Assembly (NCBI GenBank): GCA_965207375.1
Contig: OZ242274.1
Location: 1,312,001 to 1,376,000 of the forward strand
Source: Nitrosopumilaceae archaeon
GTDB lineage: Archaea > Thermoproteota > Nitrososphaeria > Nitrososphaerales > Nitrosopumilaceae
DNA length: 64,000 nucleotides
Direction: 5' to 3'
The notes under the pieces: model-generated
Seen by the model: the letters and a program-made list of their open reading frames with translations, nothing else
What the model was told of the DNA's origin: nothing
Databases searched by the model: none
Shown here: piece by piece, positions 22,095-31,744 of the stretch
Position numbering within the stretch: position 1 is the stretch's first letter
How the letters are laid out: each line of letters starts with the position of its first letter
Made by a program: the position numbers and the translations under genes

Positions 22095-22942
22095 CTGCTG
22101 GAGTCTCGGTTCTTTATGATACAATCCGATGGGAAGAAAAAGCCCTTTTAGAGGCAGGTAAAAAAAAGAACATAGACATACAGATGATAAACTGCAAAAA
22201 GTTATCGCTAGAATTGGACAAAAATTCTCCTAACAATTATGGTACCGTACTGCAAAGATGTGTGAGCTATTATAGGAATCTCCACTCTACTGCAGCACTT
22301 GAAGGATTAGGTGTAAATATTATCAACTGTTTAAACACTGCAATTTTTGCAGGAAACAAGCTTTTTACTCATATGCTTTTGAAAAAATCAAACGTGCCAA
22401 CACCGTACGCCTCAGTAGCATTTTCCAAGGATGCAGCACTAGAGTCATTAGACCAGCAAGGGTATCCAAAAATCATAAAGCCAACTGTTGGAAGCTGGGG
22501 AAGGCTAATCTCTAAACTAAATGACAAGGAAGCAGCTGAAGGAATAATTGAGAGCAGAGAAAAAATGTATCCAATTTATCAGATTCATTATCTGGAGGAA
22601 TTTGTTCAAAGGCCTCCGCGAGACATTCGGGCAATCGTTGTAGGAGATCAAATTGTGGCTGCCATTTATAGATATTCTGGAGATGGATGCTGGAAAACCA
22701 ACATGGCACTAGGAGGAAGGGCAGAGCCATGCCCCGTTACCTCAGAGATGGAAGATATATGTATAAAGGCCAAAAATGCAGTTCAAGGAAAAATAGTGGG
22801 AGTGGATTTGATGGAAAGCGATAAGAGAGGATTGGTGGTACATGAAATTAACAATACAACAGAATATAAAAACACCGTCAGAGTGTGCGATACTGACATA
22901 CCGTCTTTGATGATTGATTATGCGTTAAATTCAGAAAAATAA
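22091..22942 (+). CDS. lysX: LysW ligase LysX (copy 2)
   Basis: GSWGR, WKTNMALGG and HEINNTTEYK motifs. Confidence 0.9.
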   Translation: MTAGVSVLYDTIRWEEKALLEAGKKKNIDIQMINCKKLSLELDKNSPNNYGTVLQRCVSYYRNLHSTAALEGLGVNIINCLNTAIFAGNKLFTHMLLKKSNVPTPYASVAFSKDAALESLDQQGYPKIIKPTVGSWGRLISKLNDKEAAEGIIESREKMYPIYQIHYLEEFVQRPPRDIRAIVVGDQIVAAIYRYSGDGCWKTNMALGGRAEPCPVTSEMEDICIKAKNAVQGKIVGVDLMESDKRGLVVHEINNTTEYKNTVRVCDTDIPSLMIDYALNSEK

Positions 22943-22943
22943 A

Positions 22944-24074
22944 TTGGACTCTTTTACCGTTACCTCCAGATTTGCAATAAAGATGCTAGAAAAGGCACTA
23001 AGGCTGTACACGCCCTCGCTAAGTGAAAAACCAATGGCAGAATTTTTGGCAGACAAGTGTGATGATCTGGGATTTGAGGATATCCGAATAGACGAGGTGG
23101 GAAACATTTTGGCAAAAAAGGGAACAGGCAGCCCAAAAATCATGTTATGCGGACACATGGATACAGTTCCCGGAAAAATCAAGGTAAGGCGGGAGGGAGA
23201 TTTTCTTTATGGGCGTGGCTCTTCTGATGCAAAGGCACCGCTGATGGCCATGCTTTTTGCAGCAGCAGCAATACCTGATAACTCTGGAACGGTACTTTTT
23301 GTAGGAGCAGTAGACGAGGAAGGAAATGCCACAGGAATTAAAAATTTAGTAAATCAAGAGCTTGACGTGGATTATGCAATTTTTGGAGAGCCAAGTGGAT
23401 TAAAGCATGTGACAATTGCGTACAAGGGACGACTAGCAATTAATCTGAGAATTAACGCCGGAAACAGCGCACATGCAAGTGCCCCCTGGCTTGCAAAAAA
23501 TGCAATTGAGGAATCTGCAATATTTACAACAAAACTCAAACAAATTTTGGAGACAGACCAGCAAGACCGCAAACGCGGAATGATGCTTACGGCAACAATT
23601 ACTGAGATAAAGGGGGGAACCAGCCACAATGTGACTCCTAAAGAGTGTGAAACAATCATGGACATTAGGATTCCGGTGGACATGAACTGCAAGTCAGTCG
23701 AAGAAAAGATTGCAAATGCAGTAAATGATATATCTCGGCAGCGAGGTGTTGAGGCGTTTTATTCTATACTAGATGAGACAGAACCTTTTGAGGCCCCACA
23801 TAACTCACCGTTGGTGCGTGCCTTTACGTTGGGTGTAATGGCTACAGAAAATGAACGTCCACATTTAATCAGAAAGACAGGTACCGGAGACATGAATGTG
23901 ATTGGGAATCAGCTCAAAATTCCAGTTGTAACGTATGGTCCAGGTGATCCCCATCAGGCACATACCGTTGATGAGAGGGTATCAGTTGATGAGTATTTAC
24001 GCGGAATTGAGGTTTTAAAAAAAACACTTCAACAACTTAAACGACTACATGACAAAAAGATGTTAAAACAATAA
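22944..24074 (+). CDS. lysK: LysW-lysine/ornithine hydrolase LysK (M20)
   Basis: GHMDTV, DAK, DEE, GEP and TGTGDMN motifs. Confidence 0.9.
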   Translation: MDSFTVTSRFAIKMLEKALRLYTPSLSEKPMAEFLADKCDDLGFEDIRIDEVGNILAKKGTGSPKIMLCGHMDTVPGKIKVRREGDFLYGRGSSDAKAPLMAMLFAAAAIPDNSGTVLFVGAVDEEGNATGIKNLVNQELDVDYAIFGEPSGLKHVTIAYKGRLAINLRINAGNSAHASAPWLAKNAIEESAIFTTKLKQILETDQQDRKRGMMLTATITEIKGGTSHNVTPKECETIMDIRIPVDMNCKSVEEKIANAVNDISRQRGVEAFYSILDETEPFEAPHNSPLVRAFTLGVMATENERPHLIRKTGTGDMNVIGNQLKIPVVTYGPGDPHQAHTVDERVSVDEYLRGIEVLKKTLQQLKRLHDKKMLKQ

Positions 24075-25111
24075 TGCTCTGGTTTATAGGAACAGGCATT
24101 TTAGGATACGGCTCAATTTCAGTAGATGGTCTAAAAGTAATTGAAAAAGCAGACGTGATATACCTAGAACAGTTTACTAGCCCCATTGGGAAAAACGAGA
24201 TTGCAAAGATAAAAAGACACATCACAGGTGAATTTAAAATTGCCAAAAGATGGCTAGTAGAGGATGGAAATGAGATTCTAAACCGTGCCAAAAGCAGCAA
24301 GGTAGTATTGCTCTCATATGGGGATCCATACATTGCAACCACACATATCGAGCTTCGAGTCAGGGCAATTGAGCAAAAGATAAAAACTGCATCATTTCAT
24401 GGTTCATCTTCGGTTACTTCTATGATTGGAGAATGCGGATTGCACTATTACAAAATAGGCAAGACTGTTACAATTATGGATGATATCAAAGCAATGACTA
24501 CACCATATTATACAGTATACAAAAATCTAATTGAGGCAAATCATACTATTTTATTGTTAGAGTACAATCAGGATAAGGACTTTTTTTTGGATCCTGTCAC
24601 GGCACTAGATTATATGCTAAATACAGAAAAGGAGCAAAAACGTAACGTGATAAATTTAGACACCTTTGCAATAGTTGCATCACAAATAGGTCTCAAGGAC
24701 CAGAAAATAATCTCGGGAAAAATATCTAGCCTTAAAAAAATCAATTTTGGCAAGCCGCCTCATACGGTTATAATTCCAGGCAAACTGCACTTTACAGAAA
24801 CTGATGCGCTACGCGTATTGACAGATTGTGTGGATTTGCCAACAGATAATTCAGAAATTACCGAAAAAATCTCCTCTCAGATGATTAGACGCTATGTGCC
24901 GATGGTAAGAGAGGCATTAGAGCAGATCAGGCCGTATTATGAAGACTCTGAGGAATTTGCACCCGTACTAGAAAATGCAAAGCTGTATGTGCAAGATGCC
25001 GAGCAGTTTTTGCTAGAGGGAAAAGACGAGGTGGCCATACTAAATATTGGCTATGCAGACGGACTAGTAGATGCCTTACGTATGGCGCGTGGTCTTGACC
25101 CTAAAATATAG
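24074..25111 (+). CDS. dph5: Diphthine synthase with a C-terminal DUF357-like extension
   Basis: YLEQFTS, GDPYIATTH and PPHTVIIPG motifs; tail GYADGLVDALR. Confidence 0.9.
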   Translation: MLWFIGTGILGYGSISVDGLKVIEKADVIYLEQFTSPIGKNEIAKIKRHITGEFKIAKRWLVEDGNEILNRAKSSKVVLLSYGDPYIATTHIELRVRAIEQKIKTASFHGSSSVTSMIGECGLHYYKIGKTVTIMDDIKAMTTPYYTVYKNLIEANHTILLLEYNQDKDFFLDPVTALDYMLNTEKEQKRNVINLDTFAIVASQIGLKDQKIISGKISSLKKINFGKPPHTVIIPGKLHFTETDALRVLTDCVDLPTDNSEITEKISSQMIRRYVPMVREALEQIRPYYEDSEEFAPVLENAKLYVQDAEQFLLEGKDEVAILNIGYADGLVDALRMARGLDPKI

Positions 25112-25140
25112 ATGAATTAAAAAATGAGGGATAATTTAAA

Positions 25141-25752
25141 ATGACATTGGATGACACCGACAGAAAGATTCTTGCATCATTATACATTGCACAATTAACA
25201 AAAAACCAAACAGAGCTAGTCTTTGAAAAAATGCATGTTGATGATGTTTCAAATGTTGATAACCTGAAAAAAAATGGACTGGTGCAAGATGACGGCAAGA
25301 CAATAACTCGACTAGGTGCTGAATCTATAAAGGTCGTGTTGGCAGGAGGCGTCTTTGATATAATACATCCGGGGCACATACATACGCTATATGAGGCAAA
25401 GAAATTAGGGGACGTGTTGGTGGTAGTCATTGCTACAGATAAGACTGCTATAAAGATGAAAAAACGCAGGCCACTGCACAGCCAAGATCAAAGAAAATTA
25501 CTTGTAGATGCACTTGAGGTTGTAGATGCAGCAGTTGTCGGAAATGAAGATGATATTTTTAAAACAGTTGACCTGATAAGGCCGCAAATTATTGCGTTAG
25601 GGTACGACCAGATACATCAGGAAAAGGCAATAATTGACGGATGCAAAAAAATCAACTTGGGAGTAACGGTGGCAAGATTACAGTCTCCCATACCTCATGT
25701 GTCTAGCTCTGCCATTGCAAAAGAGTATGGTGATCAAATTCACGGCACATGA
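25141..25752 (+). CDS. ribL: FAD synthase / cytidylyltransferase family protein
   Basis: GGVFDIIHPGH and LGYDQ motifs. Confidence 0.8.
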   Translation: MTLDDTDRKILASLYIAQLTKNQTELVFEKMHVDDVSNVDNLKKNGLVQDDGKTITRLGAESIKVVLAGGVFDIIHPGHIHTLYEAKKLGDVLVVVIATDKTAIKMKKRRPLHSQDQRKLLVDALEVVDAAVVGNEDDIFKTVDLIRPQIIALGYDQIHQEKAIIDGCKKINLGVTVARLQSPIPHVSSSAIAKEYGDQIHGT

Positions 25753-26097
25753 CTAGATTGCATCAGAACCTTTTTTCCCTGTACGGATTCGTATTACGTC
25801 ATCTATTGTACTGACAAAAATCTTTCCGTCACCTACGCCTCCTGTCTGTGCATTGCAAGTTATTGTCTCAACAATTTTGTCAACCTCGTTATCCTCGCAG
25901 ACTATCTCGATTTTGGTTTTTGGAAGAAGCTCAGTGTTTTTTAATGATCCTGGACGTCCGCCTGCTGTGGTTTGACCCTTTTGGTTGCCAACACCTTTGA
26001 TTTCATATACTGTCATTCCCTTGATTCCGATTTCATCAAGGGCCTCTTTTACCGAATAAAATCGTGCGTTGCGAATAATGGCATCAATTTTTTTCAT
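25753..26097 (-). CDS. glnB: Nitrogen regulatory protein P-II
   Basis: MKKIDAIIR, PKTKIEIV, TG.VGDGKIF and IRIRTG motifs. Confidence 0.93.
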   Translation of the reverse strand: MKKIDAIIRNARFYSVKEALDEIGIKGMTVYEIKGVGNQKGQTTAGGRPGSLKNTELLPKTKIEIVCEDNEVDKIVETITCNAQTGGVGDGKIFVSTIDDVIRIRTGKKGSDAI

Positions 26098-26210
26098 AAG
26101 GTTGTTTTTCTATTCTAGTATTTATCATGTATGATGAATTTTGAATTAAAAATGCTCAATTTTTAGCCTCAAATTTAAAAATTTTATTTAGAATTGTTCA
26201 ATTGTGCAAA

Positions 26211-26301
26211 GTACAAACTCAAGTCGCCATCAATTTTATGCCTAATTTTTGAATCTACTTGAAAATTTCATGCTTGAAAAATTTACGACCAGAGTTTGTA
26301 C
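26211..26301. repeat. Short MITE-like element with 16-bp imperfect inverted repeats
   Basis: gtacaaactcaagtcg / cgaccagagtttgtac; the right half recurs at 32780-32820. Confidence 0.55.
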
Positions 26302-26374
26302 CACAAAATCAACTGTATCTTCAATTTTATTATACAATAAAGTATTTTATAATATATTCCAAATAGTTATCATT

Positions 26375-27208
26375 ATGAAATTAGAGACAGCAGCAGAAAA
26401 GGCCTACAAACTGTACAAGCTTGGAAAAAAGGAAGAGTCTCTAAAATATTGGGATATTGCAATATCCGAAGATCCTGGCTTTACCTTTGTACACGTATGC
26501 AAGTCAGAAACTCTAAGGGAGCTTGGACGAAACCAAGATGCACTAGCATGCCTTGATATCTTGGATGACTTGGAGCCTGATGAAGACACTGCATGGGGAT
26601 TTTACAAGCGTGCATATCTGTTGCATAAATTGGGAAAGGGTACAGAAGCAATAGCTAATTGGAACAAGGTGTTAGACATAGAACCAAATTATATTGATGC
26701 ACTTGTTTCCAAGGGGACTGTATTTTCCGAACTTTACATCATGACCAAATCCACACAGGCATTTAACGATGCACTACAATGCTTTGATGAGGCCTTACAA
26801 ATAGACCCTAACAGCACATATGCCCTATCAAACAAGGGGCATTTACTTGCAGATAATTCCAAAGAGTCTGAAGCACTACAATGCTATGATAAAATAATAC
26901 AACTAGAACCTGACAACAAGCATATACTTTCTGCCAAGGGTCAGTTGCTTTTAGATACTGGAAAATATAAAACAGCTATAGACTGTTTTGATAAAGTAAT
27001 TCAGTTACATCCAGAAAACGCCTCTGCAATGTACAACAAGGCAAAGGCGTTATACCTTCAAGACAAGCCTGAGGATTCGCATCTCTGGCTACAAAAAGCG
27101 TTACAGATAGAGCCTGAACTTCGTGATGGCCAATGGCTATTAGACATGTTATCAGACCGAATCAAGTTTAATCGCAGCATTGGCAAGAATCATGATTTGT
27201 CTATATGA
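26375..27208 (+). CDS. TPR-repeat protein
   Basis: Multiple A..NKG..L...EAL.CYDK.IQL.P repeats. Confidence 0.9.
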   Translation: MKLETAAEKAYKLYKLGKKEESLKYWDIAISEDPGFTFVHVCKSETLRELGRNQDALACLDILDDLEPDEDTAWGFYKRAYLLHKLGKGTEAIANWNKVLDIEPNYIDALVSKGTVFSELYIMTKSTQAFNDALQCFDEALQIDPNSTYALSNKGHLLADNSKESEALQCYDKIIQLEPDNKHILSAKGQLLLDTGKYKTAIDCFDKVIQLHPENASAMYNKAKALYLQDKPEDSHLWLQKALQIEPELRDGQWLLDMLSDRIKFNRSIGKNHDLSI

Positions 27209-27215
27209 AAAAGCA

Positions 27216-27686
27216 TCAAAATATACTGTATGTATCTACATATTCTAGTCCTGGACATAGTTGTTCCAGACACATATCATGAGCATCTTTTGTAATACAC
27301 ATCATGTCTGTGGCATCATACACCGGTACTATCTCGATGGCAATATGACCGTACATGAGCATCACAAACTCTTCATCTGATTCCCAACCTTCTTTTAACG
27401 CCCTCTTTATGTGACGTTTTGCAGTCTTTGTATCAAGAGGCATAGGTTCTGGTCTTTGATTTATTTCATCTGAAATTCCGTCAATCATGTACGAGATTTC
27501 CCATTCTGCCTTCAAGAGTGCATCCTTGCATTCTGGTACGGTACCAAATATGCCATATACTCTTGGTTGACCTAGTCCTATGAGATAGTATTTTTTGCTT
27601 AATTTCTTTTGATGTACCAAAGACTTGTGACATACCTCTGGATCTCTTTTAGTAAATCTGCCTTTCACAAATATTGCAAAATCCAT
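27216..27686 (-). CDS. Hypothetical protein
   Basis: 156-aa ORF co-oriented with the VirB6-like gene. Confidence 0.6.
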   Translation of the reverse strand: MDFAIFVKGRFTKRDPEVCHKSLVHQKKLSKKYYLIGLGQPRVYGIFGTVPECKDALLKAEWEISYMIDGISDEINQRPEPMPLDTKTAKRHIKRALKEGWESDEEFVMLMYGHIAIEIVPVYDATDMMCITKDAHDMCLEQLCPGLEYVDTYSIF

Positions 27687-27713
27687 ACAACATTTAACTT
27701 GTATTTTAAGACA

Positions 27714-29105
27714 CTATCTTTCCTCGTCATCTTCTGTATCCTCTGAATCATCCTCTGAATCCTTAGAGCCGCCACCCATGCCTGATATAATGCCGCTGCC
27801 TGCACCTGCAAGGCCCCCCTTTATTCTGCCACCGCCTGCAATTCCCTTAGCAGCGCCCATACCTGCCTGTGCTGTAATAACGGTGGCTGCCTGCACAGCA
27901 GAAGTAACCATTCTAGTTGCCTGACCTACCACATCTGACAATAGAGGCACCATGATTACAGGAAGATACACGGCAAATATAGTAACACCCAAAGCTGCAA
28001 CCCAAACGTAAATCTTTGCCATGTCTAGTCCACCTAAATTCTCACCTGCTATCGGTGTAGTACCTGCAGAGGCTACAACCCCTGCACCTACAGTAATTAT
28101 TACAGCCGACATTATAGGGATTAAATATAACGCAGGCAGCGCCGTAAGAAACTTGTCTACTGTACCCTTGCAAAACGGTATGACACGTAACACAAGCAAA
28201 ATAGGAAACGCTGCAATTATCATGGCAGTCAACAAATCAGTCATTATAGCCACAATGACAGACAACAGTCCTATCTGAATTATAACGATAGACTGTATCA
28301 TGGAAAAAAACACCTGCGATATCACATCTGATTGGAACTGTCCTATCTGCCACAAAAACCACTCGTAAGGATTATCAGTAGTTGCCGTATAATATTGACC
28401 TTCAGACATTTGTGATATTACATAATTAATTTTGTATTGGGGTGTACATACAATTTGTGCCTTTTCTGTATCCCAGGGTCCAAGACCCCATACCGTATCA
28501 CCCCGACTAAACGGAGAATCATTGTACAAATCCCATATTTGCTGTTCAGTATAGCTATCAGGACAAGGTGCGGTACTATCAAAGGAATAGAGAGGATTTA
28601 GCATGTACATCGTGACATTCTCCATGGATTCTGCTGCCACATCCCAGATAATAGGAAATGATACTATAACAATTATAGAAAATACTGATGTCTTTATCAA
28701 ATCTATATACTGTCTGTCTTTTGTTACAACGTGTAATGTAACTCCAACAATAATAAATATCGTAAATGCAATATATGCCACCCATCGAAACTGGGCAAAT
28801 AATTCAAACGTTTCATTACCTGTTTCTGCACCATGTATGGAATATGCAAAGTCTGGTATTGCAATCATGATACCTGCAAGTGTGTCTTTTATCATGGTGC
28901 CCATAATATCTGCAATTGCTCCAACTGCTAGATGAACTATTAGAATCGACACTAGGATAAATATAGCATCAATTATCTCAATAATGAAACCTACCTGCCT
29001 CATGGTATCATCATATACGTTTCCTATTAAGCCCAAATACTGTTGATATGAGGTAACATTGGAGATAAAATTGCGTTGGCTTTGAAAAACAGTCACGATC
29101 AACAA
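27714..29105 (-). CDS. Polytopic membrane protein, VirB6/TrbL-like
   Basis: Many transmembrane helices, a central extracellular loop and a Gly/Ala-rich C-terminal tail; VirB4/VirB11 genes occur in the same island. Start uncertain. Confidence 0.6.
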   Translation of the reverse strand: MLIVTVFQSQRNFISNVTSYQQYLGLIGNVYDDTMRQVGFIIEIIDAIFILVSILIVHLAVGAIADIMGTMIKDTLAGIMIAIPDFAYSIHGAETGNETFELFAQFRWVAYIAFTIFIIVGVTLHVVTKDRQYIDLIKTSVFSIIVIVSFPIIWDVAAESMENVTMYMLNPLYSFDSTAPCPDSYTEQQIWDLYNDSPFSRGDTVWGLGPWDTEKAQIVCTPQYKINYVISQMSEGQYYTATTDNPYEWFLWQIGQFQSDVISQVFFSMIQSIVIIQIGLLSVIVAIMTDLLTAMIIAAFPILLVLRVIPFCKGTVDKFLTALPALYLIPIMSAVIITVGAGVVASAGTTPIAGENLGGLDMAKIYVWVAALGVTIFAVYLPVIMVPLLSDVVGQATRMVTSAVQAATVITAQAGMGAAKGIAGGGRIKGGLAGAGSGIISGMGGGSKDSEDDSEDTEDDEER

Positions 29106-29149
29106 CTTTTAGATCGTTAACCTGCATGTTTTGTTGGTTCAAAATTAAT

Positions 29150-29238
29150 GCTAGATGTTAAATTTACTCGATTTTTGGTTATTTTGAAAAATCCTTGATC
29201 AAGGAATTTGTGCGATATTAGAAAGTGGACCTGACGGG
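29150..29238. repeat. ~89-bp direct repeat (second copy 32833-32921) ending in the tRNA 3' end
   Basis: gctagatgttaaatttactcg...gtggacctgacggg occurs in both places. Confidence 0.92.
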
Positions 29239-29299
29239 ATTTGAACCCGTGACCCGTTATGTTTCAAGTAACGATTCAGCAAGCCTAAACTACAGGCCC
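29226..29299 (-). tRNA. Atypical tRNA-like gene, copy A (anticodon GAA in standard register)
   Basis: GGGCCTG/CAGGTCC-A acceptor, ACGGG-TTCAAAT-CCCGT T arm, 74 nt. C31.A39 mismatch; the D loop lacks the conserved G18G19. Confidence 0.65.
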
Positions 29300-29429
29300 A
29301 CAAGTATTTTATAGTAATGATACAATATAAAATCATGTTTCAAGTAACAAAGGCTACATACTGAACTAGCCTGTTTTTTTTATTTCCGCCTATAATTCTA
29401 AGATCATTTCATTTTAAATCAATAACTGC

Positions 29430-29508
29430 TTGCATGTGCGGTTTGTATTAGGATTTTATTGCAAGTGTGCCTTGCATGTGTATCTCCTAATGCAGGCTGT
29501 GCTTGCAG
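29430..29508 (+). ncRNA. Long G-U-rich hairpin (identical copy at 43898-43976)
   Basis: 18-bp stem GTGCGGTTTGTATTAGGA/TCCTAATGCAGGCTGTGC plus an inner TGCAAG/CTTGCA stem. Confidence 0.45.
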
Positions 29509-29573
29509 TTCCTAGAGATATTGCCTTACGATACATTGACTTTGATTAGACTTTGTATATTAAAAAAAATTTG

Positions 29574-31625
29574 TTAATTTCTTAGTAACTGTGTCAAGGC
29601 ATCTGCTATTTGTTGCCATAGTGGATTAGAATATTTTTGGGTATTGTTTTGGGCCTCGGCTGCAGTCATAGGATTGTCATGTTCTATAATACCAAATGCT
29701 GCAAGTGTTCTATTCCATAAATCAGCTTGTTCTTTTACAGCTTCAATTAAAGTTGCATTTATCGTGTATGGTGGTTCTACTGTAGGTACCGGTTCTATTG
29801 GTTCTACCTGTGGTGTATCTTGAGCAATATTTGATGTGTGATTAACCTGTGGTATGTGTATTTCCTGTGGCTCTTGCTGTGGTGTGTTTTGTGTTGCATT
29901 TTGCTGTTGTTGTTGCTGTTGTTGTTGCTGTTGTTGTTGCTGTTGTTGTTGCTGTTGTTGTTGCTGTTGTTGTTCAATTGCAGCCTCACGCTCTTGTAAG
30001 ATATTTGCAATCTTGACCCATAATGGACTAGAATATTTCTTTGTATTTGCCTGAGCTTCAGCTGCAGTAAGTGGATTATCATGTTGTATCACTCCAAATG
30101 CTGCAAGTGCTCTATTCCATCTGTCAACGTGTTGGTGACCGTGATGTGTCATAGATGCAAGGTACTTTATATCCTCAATTAGTTCTGGATCAGCTGTAGG
30201 TATTGGTATAGATTCTGGTACAATGTATGGTGTATCTTGTGCAATATTTGATGTATGATTAATTTGTGGTACGTGTATTTCCTGTGGTGTGTTTTGTGTT
30301 GCGTTTTGTGGCTGCTGTTGCTGCTGCTGCTGTTGCTGCTGCTGCTGTGCGGCTGCATCCCTTGCAGCCTCTAATTTAGCCAGTTCTTGAGCAACTAAAC
30401 CCCAAAATGCATTATTGTATTTTTTTACATTGGCCAGAGCCTCTGCTGCAGTCATAGGATTGTCATGTTGTATTTCTCCAAATGCTGCCAAGACCCTATT
30501 CCATCTGTCAACGTGATCTGCACCAAGCTGCGTTTGTTCTGCCATTAACTTTGCACCGTCTATTACTGATGGATCAATTTCAGCTAATGGATTTTCTGGT
30601 ATTGGAACGCCAGTTTTGAGGCAACCACCGGTACATGAATCATTATCTTCTATGTTTACTGTAAAGCTAGATGGCTCAACTATTCGATAATTAGAACTGG
30701 GGAGTAGTGTAAATGTAACACTGCCGAGTGCTTCTACTGCGTTATCATTTGTGGTGATTACCTGCAAAAGACCATTATGGTTACGTGTAACCACATATTC
30801 ACCGGACGGTGTGGTACTAAAGTCTCCTACTATGTTAATGGAATAACGTATATCTAATGTTGTAGGTGGTGATATAGAGACTAAAACAGAGGCTATCTCG
30901 CCTTCTGTGACTACTGTGGCACGTTGTATTAATGATACGGCGGGGAGGTTAGTAGGAGTGGTAGTAGCACCAAACGAAGCCTCCCAATAGGAATTAGAAG
31001 CATACGTTGTGTCACGTGGTGTGGCCGGATTTATCCAGTCATAGAGGTATGGAGTATCTATAGTGCGTTTTATTATTGGTGAAACCATGAATAGGAGTGA
31101 TTCACCAGATACAACATTTGTTGATCTTGTGTCCCATGAGGCACTACCTGATGTATCGTCTTGATTGATGGTTATCTTTTTGAAGGTATAGACACGATAA
31201 CTACCATCCTTAAGAGCATAACTTAGAATGTCACTGCTGGTACTGTGAGCTACTGTGGCATGATTGGTATTACTGCACAGGCTTGTTGCACTTGCCCTAG
31301 CAGAAGCGTGAGAGGCATGGCAGTCATCAACTTGGACCCAAAATTCTATTGGTGCATTTGCTGCCTCATCTAGAGTTACAGTTACTGTGAAGAGTTGACC
31401 GTGAGCTGTATTACTGGTTGTGACTTGAGCCTTGTTTATCTCGCCATTGTCTTTATAAAATTGAGGGAGTATTGACGGGGCTGCATCATCATCTGGATGA
31501 CAGTCCTTTGTCACTGCGCCGTCTATAAAGCAAAAATCATGGTCAGAAAATGCCTCTGGTGTTTGAACACCAAGCAATAATGATATAGAAACTGCCATAA
31601 TAACTGCAAAGTATAAGGTTTTCAC
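29574..31625 (-). CDS. Secreted protein with a Calx-beta-like domain, poly-Q tracts and three 'WNR.LAAFG...MTAAEA' repeats (paralog A)
   Basis: Signal peptide; repeats visible in the translation; paralog at 44040. Confidence 0.85.
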   Translation of the reverse strand: MKTLYFAVIMAVSISLLLGVQTPEAFSDHDFCFIDGAVTKDCHPDDDAAPSILPQFYKDNGEINKAQVTTSNTAHGQLFTVTVTLDEAANAPIEFWVQVDDCHASHASARASATSLCSNTNHATVAHSTSSDILSYALKDGSYRVYTFKKITINQDDTSGSASWDTRSTNVVSGESLLFMVSPIIKRTIDTPYLYDWINPATPRDTTYASNSYWEASFGATTTPTNLPAVSLIQRATVVTEGEIASVLVSISPPTTLDIRYSINIVGDFSTTPSGEYVVTRNHNGLLQVITTNDNAVEALGSVTFTLLPSSNYRIVEPSSFTVNIEDNDSCTGGCLKTGVPIPENPLAEIDPSVIDGAKLMAEQTQLGADHVDRWNRVLAAFGEIQHDNPMTAAEALANVKKYNNAFWGLVAQELAKLEAARDAAAQQQQQQQQQQQQPQNATQNTPQEIHVPQINHTSNIAQDTPYIVPESIPIPTADPELIEDIKYLASMTHHGHQHVDRWNRALAAFGVIQHDNPLTAAEAQANTKKYSSPLWVKIANILQEREAAIEQQQQQQQQQQQQQQQQQQQQQQQQNATQNTPQQEPQEIHIPQVNHTSNIAQDTPQVEPIEPVPTVEPPYTINATLIEAVKEQADLWNRTLAAFGIIEHDNPMTAAEAQNNTQKYSNPLWQQIADALTQLLRN

Positions 31626-31633
31626 GAAATTAC

Positions 31634-31643
31634 GGGGGGGGGG
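31634..31643 (-). promoter_or_regulatory. C10 homopolymer between a TATA-like box and the start codon
   Basis: Minus strand TTTTTTAGAA-C10-GTAATTTC-GTG; the same arrangement at 46096-46105. Confidence 0.55.
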
Positions 31644-31744
31644 TTCTAAAAAACGTTACTATTTGAGCACAGATTTTTGTTCTTGTTAGGCATGACTTTT
31701 TTAATTACAAAACATCTCTCTGGTATATCGTAGATAGATGCTAT

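Noticed and set aside
29804-30082. Poly-Cys and poly-Asn ORFs
   Set aside because: Alternative frames of the poly-Q tract.
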